The notes under the pieces: generated by a model
What the model was told of the DNA's origin: nothing
Database searches by the model: none
What the model saw: only the letters and a program-made list of their open reading frames with translations
Shown: piece by piece, positions 37,030-48,749 of the stretch
Numbering within the stretch: position 1 is the first letter of the stretch
How the letters are laid out: every line of letters begins with the position of its first letter
Position numbers and translations under genes: made by a program
Assembly (NCBI GenBank): GCA_026128965.1
Contig: JAHCIY010000002.1
Location: 1,512,108 to 1,576,107 of the forward strand
Origin: Labilithrix sp.
GTDB lineage: Bacteria > Myxococcota_A > Polyangia > Polyangiales > Polyangiaceae
Reading direction: 5' to 3'
Length of the DNA: 64,000 nucleotides

Positions 37030-38319
37030 TCAAACGTAGAGCTTTGCGCTCGCGAGGGACCTGGTCTCCTGGAGCGCCTTCTTGCCCTTCGGCGTGAGCC
37101 CGTTGCCGCCGACGTGGAGCGTCCGCAGGCTCTTCGCCCTGGCGAGCGCGGGGATCGCGGCGTCGGTCAACGCGTTCTTGCGGAGGTCCAGCGCGTGGAG
37201 GCGGGCGAAGAGCGGGGACTTCGCGAGCGTCGCCAGCGTCGCGTCGGTGACGCCGGACTTCTGGAGCCCGAGGCTGCGGAGCGCGCCGAGGCCCTCGCCG
37301 CTCGCCAGCGCCGCGAGCGCACCTCGGGGGAGGTCGTTGTTGCCGAGATCGAGCACGCGCAGCGCGGCGAAGCCGGCGCCGAGCGCCTTCGTGTCCGCCG
37401 CGCCGAGCTTGTTCGTGCGGAGATCGAGGGCGGCGAGGCCCGACGCCGCGAGCTCGGCGAGGAGCGGCGCGATTTCTCCAGGCCCCAGCTTCGCGTGCCG
37501 TAGCGCGAGGACGCGCAGCGTCTTCGGGAGCGAGAGCGCGCCGAGCGCCGCGGCGCCGATGCGCGTGTCGACGAGCTGCAGCTCTTCGAGCTTCGGCGTC
37601 TTCGCGACGAGGGCGGCGGCGTCGGCGGCGCTGTCCGCGAGCGAGAAGCCGCCGAGCACGAGGCCCGTCAGACGCGGGAGCCACTTCGCGCGGCGCAGGA
37701 GCGCGAGCTCGTGCGGGCCGCCGGTGTGGTTGAGGAGCAGGCGACGAAGACCCGGCAGCGGGGCGTCGGCGTACGGAGCGAGGCCGTGGCCGTGCACGTC
37801 GTAGATCTCGCGGACGCGCGCGAGGGCAGGGCGCGCGAGGAAGTCCGCGAGCTCGGCAGCGCTCTTCGCGTTGCTCGGCATCACGTAGTCGAGCGGCGTC
37901 CGCGCGGCGACCGCCTCGACGCCGCCGTCGACGCGGGCGCGAAGGTCCCACGCGACGCGCTCGGGGAACCCGCGCCAGAAGGTCACCCGCGCGGGGGCCA
38001 CGCCGCGCGGGAGGCACGCCGCGTGGAACGCCGCGCCGTGTTTCTTGAGGAGCGCCGCCTCTCGCGCGCGGAGCTTGGCGATGCGGCCGCCGGCGAGCGC
38101 CGTCTCGTCCGCGAACGCGTCGCCGACCCACTCGAGGAAGAGTCGATCGCTCGGACCGCAGCCGAGCCGCGCGAGCTCGCACTGCACCGCGACGAGCTCG
38201 CCGCGCGGATCGCCCGCCGCCTGGAGCGCGTCGGCGTAGACGAGGCGGGCGGCGTCGTCCTCCGGCTCGGCGAGCACGGCGGCGAGCAACGCGTCGATGG
38301 TCGATCCGTGGTTCCCCAT
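37030..38319 (-). CDS. TIGR02996 domain + leucine-rich repeat (RNI-like) protein
   Basis: The N-terminus LLAAVLAEPEDDAARLVYADALQAAGDPRGELVAVQ is the TIGR02996 repeat-companion domain. It is followed by about 10 LRRs (LxxLxLxxNxL). Confidence 0.8.
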   Translation of the reverse strand: MGNHGSTIDALLAAVLAEPEDDAARLVYADALQAAGDPRGELVAVQCELARLGCGPSDRLFLEWVGDAFADETALAGGRIAKLRAREAALLKKHGAAFHAACLPRGVAPARVTFWRGFPERVAWDLRARVDGGVEAVAARTPLDYVMPSNAKSAAELADFLARPALARVREIYDVHGHGLAPYADAPLPGLRRLLLNHTGGPHELALLRRAKWLPRLTGLVLGGFSLADSAADAAALVAKTPKLEELQLVDTRIGAAALGALSLPKTLRVLALRHAKLGPGEIAPLLAELAASGLAALDLRTNKLGAADTKALGAGFAALRVLDLGNNDLPRGALAALASGEGLGALRSLGLQKSGVTDATLATLAKSPLFARLHALDLRKNALTDAAIPALARAKSLRTLHVGGNGLTPKGKKALQETRSLASAKLYV

Positions 38320-38346
38320 GGCCGCATCCTAGGCGAGGATGCCGAG

Positions 38347-39318
38347 ATGATCGGGGCAGGACGTTTCCGCGGGCTGGTGGTCATGGGCGCGTGCGCGACG
38401 TTCGTCGTCGCGTGCGACAAGCGGAGCCCCAATCCCGCCGCGGGGGCGCCGGTGGGGTCCGCGACGTCGGGGACCTCCGGGACGTCGGAGCTCGATCGCC
38501 TGTGCGGGACGACGCCGCCGGCCGCGTGCGGGGCCGATCCCACGACCGAGTACGGGGCGCCTCAGCTGCACGTCGACGCGTGCAAGCTCGGCGGCGCCGC
38601 GCGCGCGATCGCCGAATGGCCGCAGGTGCAGGCCGCGCCGTCACGACCCACGCTCGCGTCCTTCGGCGCGACGAGCTCGGGCGGCGTCTATTGTCCCGCC
38701 GCGCTCGGCGGGCGTCCGGCCGTGGTCTTCGAGCGTCACGGGTTCACGCTCCCCGCCGCCGCCGCCGCGTCGTTGGACTCCGCGTCCGGCAACTTCACGC
38801 TCGTCGCCGTCATGCGCTACGCGGGCACGAAGACGCCGCTGACCGAGGCGTCCGGGATCGTGTTCCAGCGCAACGAGCCGGCCGCGCCCCACTTCAAGGG
38901 CCCTCAGCTCGGGGCAAACTTCGCCTTCGCCGCCGCGCCCGGCGGCACGGACCTCGTCCGGACCGATCGCCTCGGCATCAGCTTGCAGTTCGGCACCGAG
39001 GGCGGCGTCGACGCGACGCGATCGGTCTCCGCCGTCACGACCGCGCGCGTCGTGGGCCCGATCGTGGTGACCGCGCGGCGCGCGGGGGCGACGCTCGAGC
39101 TCCGCGTCAACGGCGCCCTCGTGAAGAGGGAGACGATCCCGGGCTCTTTCTCCGGCGGCGGCGGCAACGGCCAACCCGTCAACGTCGGCCGCACCGGCGG
39201 CGAGAACAACTACTTCGACGGCGCGCTCGGCGAGCTCGTGTACTGGAACGAGAGCCGCCCCGACGCCGCGGTCGTCGCGCTCGAGAAGGGCCTTCGCTCC
39301 AAGTGGGGGCTCCCGTAA
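38347..39318 (+). CDS. secreted lipoprotein with LamG/concanavalin-like domain
   Basis: Lipobox VVMGACATFVVAC. The C-terminus ...NYFDGALGELVYWN is typical of a LamG jelly-roll. Confidence 0.7.
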   Translation: MIGAGRFRGLVVMGACATFVVACDKRSPNPAAGAPVGSATSGTSGTSELDRLCGTTPPAACGADPTTEYGAPQLHVDACKLGGAARAIAEWPQVQAAPSRPTLASFGATSSGGVYCPAALGGRPAVVFERHGFTLPAAAAASLDSASGNFTLVAVMRYAGTKTPLTEASGIVFQRNEPAAPHFKGPQLGANFAFAAAPGGTDLVRTDRLGISLQFGTEGGVDATRSVSAVTTARVVGPIVVTARRAGATLELRVNGALVKRETIPGSFSGGGGNGQPVNVGRTGGENNYFDGALGELVYWNESRPDAAVVALEKGLRSKWGLP

Positions 39319-39427
39319 CCTGACGCCGTGCGATCGCGTCTTGCCCGCTTCGGTGAAGGCGCTCACCAAGACCCTCCGCCTCGCCAGGATGCGCGACTTC
39401 GACTGAGCGCGCTGCGCGCCAGGCGAG

Positions 39428-42400
39428 GTGGAGGCTTCGTGTGGTAAGAGACGGCGCGTGATCCCGCGTTTGACGGAGCTCGAGCCCGCTTCGGCGAGGA
39501 CGCTCGCGTTCCTGGAGGAGATCCGGCGGGGTGGGTTCGGCGGGGACTGCGCGGACGATCTCGCGACGCGCGTCGTCGGGGCGACGGACAACTCCATCTA
39601 CCAGATCCTCCCGCAGGCCATCGTCTACCCGCGGACGACGGAGGACGTCGCGACGCTCATGCGCGCCGCGGCGGGCGAGGCGTACCGGGAACTGAAGCTC
39701 ACCGCGCGCGGGGGAGGGACCGGGACGAACGGGCAGTCGCTCACGAGCGGGATCGTCGTCGACGTCGGGCGGCACATGACCCGCATCGGCGCGCGCGACG
39801 GGGACGTCGTCGAGGTCGAACCGGGCGTCGTCCTCGATCAGCTCAACGCCGCGCTCGCGCCCGACGGGGTGTTCTTCGCGCCGAACCTCTCGCCGAGCTC
39901 GCGCGCGACGATCGGCGGGATGATCTCCACCGACGCCTGCGGTCAGGGCTCGCGCGTGTACGGCAAGACCTCGCAGCACGTCTCCGCGCTGGAGGTCGTG
40001 CTCTCCGACGGCTCCGTGCTCCGCACGCGGCCGATGAAGCGGGACGAGGCCCTCGCGCTGCCGGCGTGGGACGCGGACGCGCCGCTCGCGGAGCGGATCC
40101 CGCGCGCCGTCCTCGAGCTCGCGATGCGCGTGCGCGGCGACTTCGTCGAGAAGCTCCCGCGGCTCCATCGCTTCCTCACCGGCTACAACCTCGAGCGCGC
40201 GTACGATCCCGAGACCGATACGTTCGACCTCAAGTGGGTCATCACCGGCGCCGAAGGCACGCTCGGGATCGTCACCCGCGCGTGGCTCGGCGTCGTGCCC
40301 GTCCCGACCGCGCGCCGCCTCGCCGTCCTCGAGTTCCCCAGCTTCGACGCCGCGCTCTCGTCCGCCGAGATCGTCATCGCGCGCGATCCGTCGTCGATCG
40401 AGACCGTCGACGAGCGCGTGATGGACCTCGCGCGCGAGGACGTGATCTTCCCCGCCGTCGCGGCCTACCTCCCGTCGCGGCCGGCGCCGTTCCCCAAGAC
40501 GGCCGCGATCAACCTCGTCGAGTTCGAGGGCAACGACGCGGCCGCCGTCGAGGCGAAGATGGCCGACCTCGTCGCGGCGTGCGAGCAGCATCGCGGCGAG
40601 CCAGGCTGGCCGATGGAGTGGTCGGTCGCGAAGAGCGACGCCGACCGGAACGCGCTGTGGCAGCTCCGCGCGAAGGGGGTCGGGCTCCTCGGCAACACGA
40701 AGGGGAGGCGGAAGCCGGTGCCCTTCGTCGAGGACACGGTCGTGCCGCCGGAGAAGCTCGCCGCCTACGTCGCCGAGTTCCGCGCCGTCCTCGACGGCGA
40801 AGGCCTCACCTACGGGATGTTCGGTCACGTCGACGTCGGCTGCCTCCACGTGCGGCCCGCGCTCGACCTCCGCGATCCCGAGGACGAGGCGCGCGTCCGG
40901 CGCATCTCCGATCAGGTCGCTGCGCTATGCACGAAGTACGGCGGCGTCATCTGGGGAGAGCACGGCAAGGGCTTTCGCTCGGAGTACAGCCCGCTCCACT
41001 TCGGCGAGCTGTTCGTCCACGTCGAGGCGGTGAAGGGGCTCTTCGACCCGAGCGAGCGCTTGAACCCCGGGAAGATCGCGACGCCGCCGGGGAAGCGGCG
41101 CCACCTCGCGACGATCGATCAACCCACGCGCGGCCAGCAGGACCGGCAGATCGCGCGCGCGGCGCAGGACGCGTTCGCGCTCGCGATCGACTGCAACGGC
41201 AACGGGCAGTGCTTCCACTGGGACCCCGACCACGTGATGTGCCCTTCGTCGAAGGTCACGCGCGACCGGATCCACACCCCGAAGGGGCGCGCCGGCGTCA
41301 TGCGCGAGTGGCTGCGCCAGCTCTCGAACGCGAAGGGACCGCTCCCCGGCGTCGACCCTGCGCCCGGCGCCGTCGCGACCGCGCTCGCGACGCCGCTCCG
41401 CGCGGTCCACACCCTCGCGAAGAGCTTCGGGCGCTTCGACTACTCGCACGAGGTGAACCGCGCGATGCAGGGGTGCCTCGCGTGCAAGGCGTGCGCGACG
41501 CAGTGCCCGGTGAAGGTCGACGTCCCCGCGTTCCGCAGCGAGTTCCTGCAGAGCTACCACACGCGCTACCTCCGCCCGGTCCGCGATCACCTCGTCGCCG
41601 GGCTCGAGGGCGCGCTCGCGGTGATGGCCTTCGCGCCGTGGCTCTTCAACTTCTTCCTCCGCTCGTCGCTCTTCCAGCGCGTCTTCGGCCGCCTCTCCGG
41701 CCTCGTCGACACGCCGCTCCTCGCGCGCCGCCCGCTTCGTGCGCTCCTCCGCGATCGCGGGATCCCGGTCCTCGCAGGTGGCGAGATCGCGGCGTCGAAG
41801 AAGGAGCGCGTCGTGTTGGTGCAGGACGCGTTCACCAGCTTCTACGAGCCGGAGCTGGTGCTCACGGTGCGGGAGCTGCTCACGCGCCTCGGCTGCGAGG
41901 TGCACGTCGCGCCGTACGAGCCGAACGGGAAGGGCCTCCACGTGAAGGGGTTCCTCCGCGCGTTCGAGCGGCGCGCGCGGAAGACGGCCGGCCTCCTCCG
42001 CGAGCTCGCGGCGTCGGGCGCGACGCTCGTCGCGATCGAGCCGGCGGTGGGGCTGACCTACCGCGACGAGTACCGCCACGCGCTCGGGAAGGACCTCGGC
42101 TTCGAGGTCTCGCTCCTCCAGGAGCTGCTCGTGCGTATCGTCCCGAAGGACGCCGGCGCGACGAAGGCGAGGGGACCGCGCTATCGGCTGTTCGGTCACT
42201 GCACCGAGAAGACGCTCGCGCCGGCCTCGCAGAAGCAGTGGGCCGAGGTCTTCGCGCGGCTCGGGCTCGGCCTCGAGCTCGTCGCGACCGGATGTTGCGG
42301 GATGAGCGGCGCGTTCGGCCACGAGCGCGTCCACCGCGACGAGTCGAAGGGGATCTGGGAGCTCTCGTGGGAGCGCTGGATGGGCGACGATCCCTCGCTC

Positions 42401-42523
42401 GTCCTCGCGACCGGGTATTCGTGCCGGAGCCAGGCCCACCGCTTCGGGAAGATCGCGCCGCGGCACCCGGCCGAGGTGCTCCTCGCCCACCTCTCCGCGA
42501 CGACTCCATGCGCGCGCGCGTGA
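39428..42523 (+). CDS. FAD-binding and (Fe-S)-binding domain oxidoreductase, YdiJ/D-2-hydroxyglutarate dehydrogenase-like
   Basis: FAD_binding_4 domain (ARGGGTGTNGQSL). C-terminal cysteine clusters (CLACKACATQCP, CCG domains). About 1030 aa, like E. coli YdiJ. Confidence 0.85.
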   Translation: MEASCGKRRRVIPRLTELEPASARTLAFLEEIRRGGFGGDCADDLATRVVGATDNSIYQILPQAIVYPRTTEDVATLMRAAAGEAYRELKLTARGGGTGTNGQSLTSGIVVDVGRHMTRIGARDGDVVEVEPGVVLDQLNAALAPDGVFFAPNLSPSSRATIGGMISTDACGQGSRVYGKTSQHVSALEVVLSDGSVLRTRPMKRDEALALPAWDADAPLAERIPRAVLELAMRVRGDFVEKLPRLHRFLTGYNLERAYDPETDTFDLKWVITGAEGTLGIVTRAWLGVVPVPTARRLAVLEFPSFDAALSSAEIVIARDPSSIETVDERVMDLAREDVIFPAVAAYLPSRPAPFPKTAAINLVEFEGNDAAAVEAKMADLVAACEQHRGEPGWPMEWSVAKSDADRNALWQLRAKGVGLLGNTKGRRKPVPFVEDTVVPPEKLAAYVAEFRAVLDGEGLTYGMFGHVDVGCLHVRPALDLRDPEDEARVRRISDQVAALCTKYGGVIWGEHGKGFRSEYSPLHFGELFVHVEAVKGLFDPSERLNPGKIATPPGKRRHLATIDQPTRGQQDRQIARAAQDAFALAIDCNGNGQCFHWDPDHVMCPSSKVTRDRIHTPKGRAGVMREWLRQLSNAKGPLPGVDPAPGAVATALATPLRAVHTLAKSFGRFDYSHEVNRAMQGCLACKACATQCPVKVDVPAFRSEFLQSYHTRYLRPVRDHLVAGLEGALAVMAFAPWLFNFFLRSSLFQRVFGRLSGLVDTPLLARRPLRALLRDRGIPVLAGGEIAASKKERVVLVQDAFTSFYEPELVLTVRELLTRLGCEVHVAPYEPNGKGLHVKGFLRAFERRARKTAGLLRELAASGATLVAIEPAVGLTYRDEYRHALGKDLGFEVSLLQELLVRIVPKDAGATKARGPRYRLFGHCTEKTLAPASQKQWAEVFARLGLGLELVATGCCGMSGAFGHERVHRDESKGIWELSWERWMGDDPSLVLATGYSCRSQAHRFGKIAPRHPAEVLLAHLSATTPCARA

Positions 42524-43621
42524 TCGCTCGACGGCACGTCGTCCCGCTCGTCGCGTCGATCGTGGGGACGGCGCTCGCCGGGCTCGTCTCGGTCGGGACG
42601 TTGCCCGACTGGTGGATCCCGGAGTCGATTCACGACTCCACGCTCGCCTACCGTCACGCGCGGGCGATCTCGGACGCGATGCTCGTCGCCACGAGCGTCG
42701 CCTTCGTCGTCGCCGCGCTCGTTCCATTTCTTCTGCTCCTCCGCCGCGCGCGATCGTCGAAGCTGACGCTCGAGGACGGGCTCGTTCGCGCCGGCACGAC
42801 GACGCTGCGCGCGGGAGAGGTGACGGGGCTCAGCGTCGCGCCCGACGGCCACGGCTTCAGCGTCGCGGTGCACCGGCGCGACGACGACCTTCCTCGAGGT
42901 CGACTCGCTCGACGACGCGCGCCGGATCGCGACCGCGCTGCGAAGGCGCTTCCCCGCGGACGGCGATCTCGCGTTGACGCTGCCGCGCCAGTCGCCGGTC
43001 CTCGCGGTCGCGATGTTCTCCCTCGTCGCCGTCGTCTACGCGCTCTTGTTCCCGCTCTACTACTACGCGAGCGACGCGAGGATCGAGGGCCTGTGGTTCA
43101 TCGGTGGGTTCCTCTCGCTGCTCCTCGCCGTCCTCGTGGTGCTTCGTACGCGCGCGCCGATGGAGCTGCGCTGGGGCGTGACCCGCGCGATGGGGGCCGC
43201 GCGCCGGCTCGATCGATCGCCGATCGAGCGGCACGTCCGGCGCCACCTCAAGGAACGTCTGACCGTCGCGCCTGCGCCGCCGCGGGTGAGGGTCGACCTC
43301 TTCGCTCGACGCGACGAGAGCGTCACCGCGTGGCTCGGTCGGATCGACGCGCTCGATCGCGGCGAGGGCTATCGCGGCGAGTCGGCGCCACGGGAGCTCC
43401 TCTTCGAGACCGTCGCGGACGCGCACGCGCCGATCGACGTCCGGCTCGCCGCGGCCCGCGTCCTCCGGGTACGCGATCGGGAGTCGCCGGAGCGCATCGC
43501 AGGTGCGACCTCGGACGAGGACGTCCGCGTGCGGATCGCGGCCGTGACGGTCGACGACGCGACCGCCGCCGCCGCGGAGCTCGAGGAGGTTGGCTCGATG
43601 TTCCGCGCGCGCGACGATTAG
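42508..43621 (+). pseudogene. membrane protein gene with an apparent +1 frameshift near 42860-42880
   Basis: The N-terminal TM protein (MRARVIARRHVVPLVASIVGTALAGL...) runs in frame 1 to about 42870. After that, only frame 2 looks like protein (ATTTFLEVDSLDDARRIATALRRRF...MTLPRQSPVLAVAMFSLVAVVYALLF... to 43621). Frame 1 continues as RG-rich junk. Confidence 0.45.
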
Positions 43622-43627
43622 AAGACG

Positions 43628-45241
43628 ATGGCGAGCGCGAAGACGATCGAGGCATGGTTCAGGGACCTGCGCGAAGGGACGGCGAAGAAGCGTGAGTCGG
43701 CGGCGAAGAGGCTCGTGGCGGTGGACGCGGCGCGTGCGCGCGCGGTGTTGCTGGAGGTCCTCGACGCGGCGCGCGCGGCGTCGCGTCGGCCGATCGGGCG
43801 GAGCCTGTGCTGGGTCGCCGACGCCGCCACCGCGCTGAGGATCGCCGCCGACCGGACGCTGACGCTCGTGCCGGAGCGGCTCACGCCCGCCGTGCTCGCG
43901 GAGCTCTACGAAGACCTGCGCCGTGAGCTCCCCGCCCTCGACGCGGACGGCGCACGCGAGCGGCTCGCCGCGCTCGAGGTGCTCGCGCCCACGACGGCGC
44001 ACGCGGCGAGGCTCGACGATCATCCCGCGCGGCGTGAGGCGCTCGCGGGGTTGCTCCTCGCCGTGCTCGACGATGCGCGTCTGCCGGCGGAGCAGCCTGC
44101 GGCGGCGGAGGTGCTGCGCCGGCTCGGGTCCGAGCGCGGGAGCGAGGCGCTGCTTCGTCGTTGGATCGCGGGCGGCGCGCACGTCGGTGCGCTCACCGCG
44201 TTCGCCTCGTGGGCTCGCGTCGGCTGCCCCGATCTCGGCGGCGGCGAGACGCGGCTCGTCGCGGCGCTCGTCTCGTCGATCGCGGAGGAGACACAGGACG
44301 CGCTCGAGGACGCACGGCTCGACGTGCTCCTGCCGCGCGCGATCCCGTACGTTCCGCCCTCGTTCGCGATCCCGCTCCTCGTCGCGATCGAGCGGCGTGG
44401 AGGTCTGCCCGACACCGCGGCGGCGGCCGTGCGGCGCGTGCTCGACCTCGCGACGGAGACGGACGCGCTCCTCGCGCTCCTCGACGACCGTCGGCTGACC
44501 GCGTGCCATCGCGACGCGGCGGAGGCGTTGATGGCGCGCGGGCCGATCGCGGCGCGCGCGGTGATCGAGCGCGCTCCTCGCCTCGGTCCCGAGGTGCGGA
44601 GGGCCGCGCTGGCGAAGGCCGCCGCGGCGGACGTCTACGCGCTCCTCGTGTCCGCGTCCGGTGACGGCTTCGTCGACGCATGCTGGTACGATGTCGTCGT
44701 CGAAGCACCGGGCGCGCTGCGCGATCCGCGGTGGATGGACCTCGCTGCGAACCTGCACGACGGCGGCCGCGCGCTGTACGTCGCGATCGCGCGCGATCCC
44801 TCGAACGACGCGCGCGCGGACGCGGTCGCGATGCTCTCGCAGCGGGCGGCGGAGGCGACCGATCGCCTCCAGAAGCGCCATGCGCTCTACGCCCTCGGCG
44901 AGACCGGCCACCCTGCCGCGACGACGGCGCTCGTCGCGGCGCTCGACGATCACGACGTTGGGGACTCCGCGCCGCTCGTCTGCACCGCGCTCGCGCAGTG
45001 CGGCGACACGCGGGCGATCCCGGTGCTGGAGCGGCGCCTCCACGGGCCGCACGCCTCGTTCGTGCGGGCCGCGATCGTTCGCATTCGCGAGCGCGCGGCG
45101 GAGATCCACGCGAGCGTCCTCCTCGCCGCCTGCCAGGACGACGATCCCACGCTCGCCGACCTCGCGCGCCGCGCCCGCGACGGTGACACCGACGCCGCCG
45201 TCGTCCTCGAGGACGCCTTGCGCGAGCGCGGCCGCCTGTGA
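43628..45241 (+). CDS. HEAT repeat-containing protein
   Basis: Ala/Leu/Arg-rich helical repeats. HEAT/PBS-lyase-like units (ALYALGETGHPAATTALVAALDDHD...). Confidence 0.65.
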   Translation: MASAKTIEAWFRDLREGTAKKRESAAKRLVAVDAARARAVLLEVLDAARAASRRPIGRSLCWVADAATALRIAADRTLTLVPERLTPAVLAELYEDLRRELPALDADGARERLAALEVLAPTTAHAARLDDHPARREALAGLLLAVLDDARLPAEQPAAAEVLRRLGSERGSEALLRRWIAGGAHVGALTAFASWARVGCPDLGGGETRLVAALVSSIAEETQDALEDARLDVLLPRAIPYVPPSFAIPLLVAIERRGGLPDTAAAAVRRVLDLATETDALLALLDDRRLTACHRDAAEALMARGPIAARAVIERAPRLGPEVRRAALAKAAAADVYALLVSASGDGFVDACWYDVVVEAPGALRDPRWMDLAANLHDGGRALYVAIARDPSNDARADAVAMLSQRAAEATDRLQKRHALYALGETGHPAATTALVAALDDHDVGDSAPLVCTALAQCGDTRAIPVLERRLHGPHASFVRAAIVRIRERAAEIHASVLLAACQDDDPTLADLARRARDGDTDAAVVLEDALRERGRL

Positions 45242-45270
45242 CGCGCGGTCGCCGTCGCCGTCGCCGGACG

Positions 45271-46164
45271 CTACCCCGGCTCTTCTTCGCGCGGGCGGCC
45301 GAAGACCTTCGAGCCCGGCGCGACCGAGTGCGTGAGCCACACGTTGCCGCCGATGACCGAGCCTTTGCCGATCACGGTGTCGCCGCCGAGGATCGTCGCG
45401 CCGGCGTAAATCGTGACTTCGTCCTCCAGGGTCGGGTGGCGCTTCTTCTGATCGTCGCGGCGCGGGACGCTGAGCGCGCCGAGCGTGACGCCCTGATAGA
45501 GCTTTACGTGATTGCCGATCAGCGTGGTCTCGCCGATGACGACGCCGGTGCCGTGGTCGATGAAGAAGTGCTCGCCGATCGTCGCGCCGGGACTGATGTC
45601 GACGCCGGTGCGCGAGTGGGCGTGCTCGGTGATGATGCGCGGGACCATCGGGACGCCGGCGCGGTAGAGGCGGTTCGCGATGCGGTAAGCGACGATCGCC
45701 TCGAGCGACGGGTAGGCGAAGACGATCTCCTCCACGTTCTTCGCGGCGGGATCGCCGGCGTAGGCGGCGCGCACGTCGTCGTTGAGGAGGCGGCGCAGCT
45801 CGGGGATGGCGTTGAAGAGCGCGAGCACGATGCCCTCGCCCGAGCCGGCCGCGAGCGGCTTCTCGGTGCGCTTCATCCAGTGGTCGTAGGAGAGCGCGCG
45901 CTCGATCTGGTCGACGAGGATGTGATGCGCGGCGTAGAGGTGCTCGGCGATCGCCTGGCGGAGGTTGTCGCGGTGGAGCGCGCGCGTGGCGTAGAAGCCC
46001 ACGAAGAGCGCGGACTTCAGGTGCTCGAGCGCCTCGATGACCCGGCGCTTGCTCGGCAGCGCCGCGCTCTCCAGGTTGTCGATCTCGAGCGCGCCGGTGT
46101 AGCTGGCGACGACGCCGTCGATGGCCGACTCCAGCTCGCGAAAACGTTTCGGCTCGGTTGCCAT
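45271..46164 (-). CDS. cysE: serine O-acetyltransferase
   Basis: SATase N-terminal domain followed by hexapeptide repeats (DISPGATIGEHFFIDHGTGVVIGETTLIGNHVKLYQGVTLG). Confidence 0.9.
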   Translation of the reverse strand: MATEPKRFRELESAIDGVVASYTGALEIDNLESAALPSKRRVIEALEHLKSALFVGFYATRALHRDNLRQAIAEHLYAAHHILVDQIERALSYDHWMKRTEKPLAAGSGEGIVLALFNAIPELRRLLNDDVRAAYAGDPAAKNVEEIVFAYPSLEAIVAYRIANRLYRAGVPMVPRIITEHAHSRTGVDISPGATIGEHFFIDHGTGVVIGETTLIGNHVKLYQGVTLGALSVPRRDDQKKRHPTLEDEVTIYAGATILGGDTVIGKGSVIGGNVWLTHSVAPGSKVFGRPREEEPG

Positions 46165-46188
46165 GGTCGTTACCGTACTCGAGCTCGC

Positions 46189-46697
46189 TCAGCCGCGGAG
46201 CATCGCGACGAGGTCCGTCACGCCGGGGTCGTGGCCCGCCTGCATGAGGAGGGTCGTCACCTGGCCGCGGTGGTGGGTCTGGTGGTTGAACAGGTGGGCG
46301 ACGGCGTGCCAGAGCGGGAGCTCGTTCCTGCTGCCGCGGCGGACGAAGGAGAGGGGGCCGGCGAGCTTGTCCGCCGTCAGCGCCGCGACGTACGCGTCGA
46401 GCTCGTCGTCGGTCTTCGCGCGCTCGCGGCGGAGCTCGACGAAATCGGCGTAGAGCTCCTGATCGAGCGTCCGGATCCCGCCCGGTCCCATCTCTCCCTC
46501 CGCGAGCGCCGCGCCGGTGAAGCGCCCGAGCCACACGCGGTCGGCGAGGAGGAGGTGGTTCAGCGTGCGGTGGATCGATCCGAAGAACGCGCCGCGATCC
46601 TGCTTTCGCTCCGCGTCGGCGAGCTTCTCCGCCGTCGCGTAGAGCTTGTCGTTCATCCACCGGTTGTAGCGTGCCATCACGCGGGCGTGCTCGGGCG

Positions 46698-46701
<4 letters not shown>
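46189..46701 (-). CDS. DinB family protein
   Basis: His triad in a four-helix-bundle pattern (HRTLNHLLLADRVW...HLFNHQTHHRGQ). Confidence 0.8.
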
Positions 46702-48167
<1,466 letters not shown>

Positions 48168-48301
48168 CTCAGACCTCCGCATGCGCGTGACTTTGCGGCA
48201 CGACCGGGGGCTTGCCGCAAGCCCCCGGCTCTGGCATAGATTGGAAATGAGAGGGGCGCTGGTGGCGCTCCTTTTTCGTTTCCATGGCGCGGCCTTCGCG
48301 A

Positions 48302-48619
48302 TCACATCGGTCCGCTGGTCGAGCCGATGGGGGTAGGGCCGCCGGTCGAGCCGACGACGGTGCCGCTCGCGCCGACGCTCCCGCTCGCCCCGACGCCCGG
48401 CCCGCCGCTCGTGCCGTCCGTCGTGCAAGGCTCGCGGCCCGTGTTCGTGTTGTCCTTGTCGCCGCTGCCCTCGGTCGCGCCGCTCGTGCCCGATCCGGGC
48501 AGCGGGCAGTTCGGCCCCGTCGTCGTGGTCTCGCCGTCGTCCTGGTCTTCGTCGCCGCAGGCGCCGACCGCCCCGAGCCCCACCAGCGCGACAACCCCGA
48601 GCGCATGCTTCAGTTTCAT
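48302..48619 (-). CDS. small Gly/Ser/Thr-rich secreted lipoprotein
   Basis: Signal peptide plus lipobox (VALVGLGAVGAC). Low-complexity remainder. Confidence 0.4.
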   Translation of the reverse strand: MKLKHALGVVALVGLGAVGACGDEDQDDGETTTTGPNCPLPGSGTSGATEGSGDKDNTNTGREPCTTDGTSGGPGVGASGSVGASGTVVGSTGGPTPIGSTSGPM

Positions 48620-48749
48620 GGCCGCCCACCTCTCGCTCCCGGACCTGCAACCGACGGACCGTCGTGCGAGACCGTTCCGTTGCGACCGGCATCCCCTCTA
48701 AGATGAAGGGGAATGGTGAGCGGCCTGCTGAGAGTCGGGGCATAAATCC

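Noticed and set aside
40066-43695. 1209-aa plus-strand ORF spanning ydiJ and the next two genes
   Set aside because: Frame 1 simply lacks stops across this GC-rich stretch. Only its 42508-about 42870 portion looks like protein, and that portion is used in the frameshift finding.
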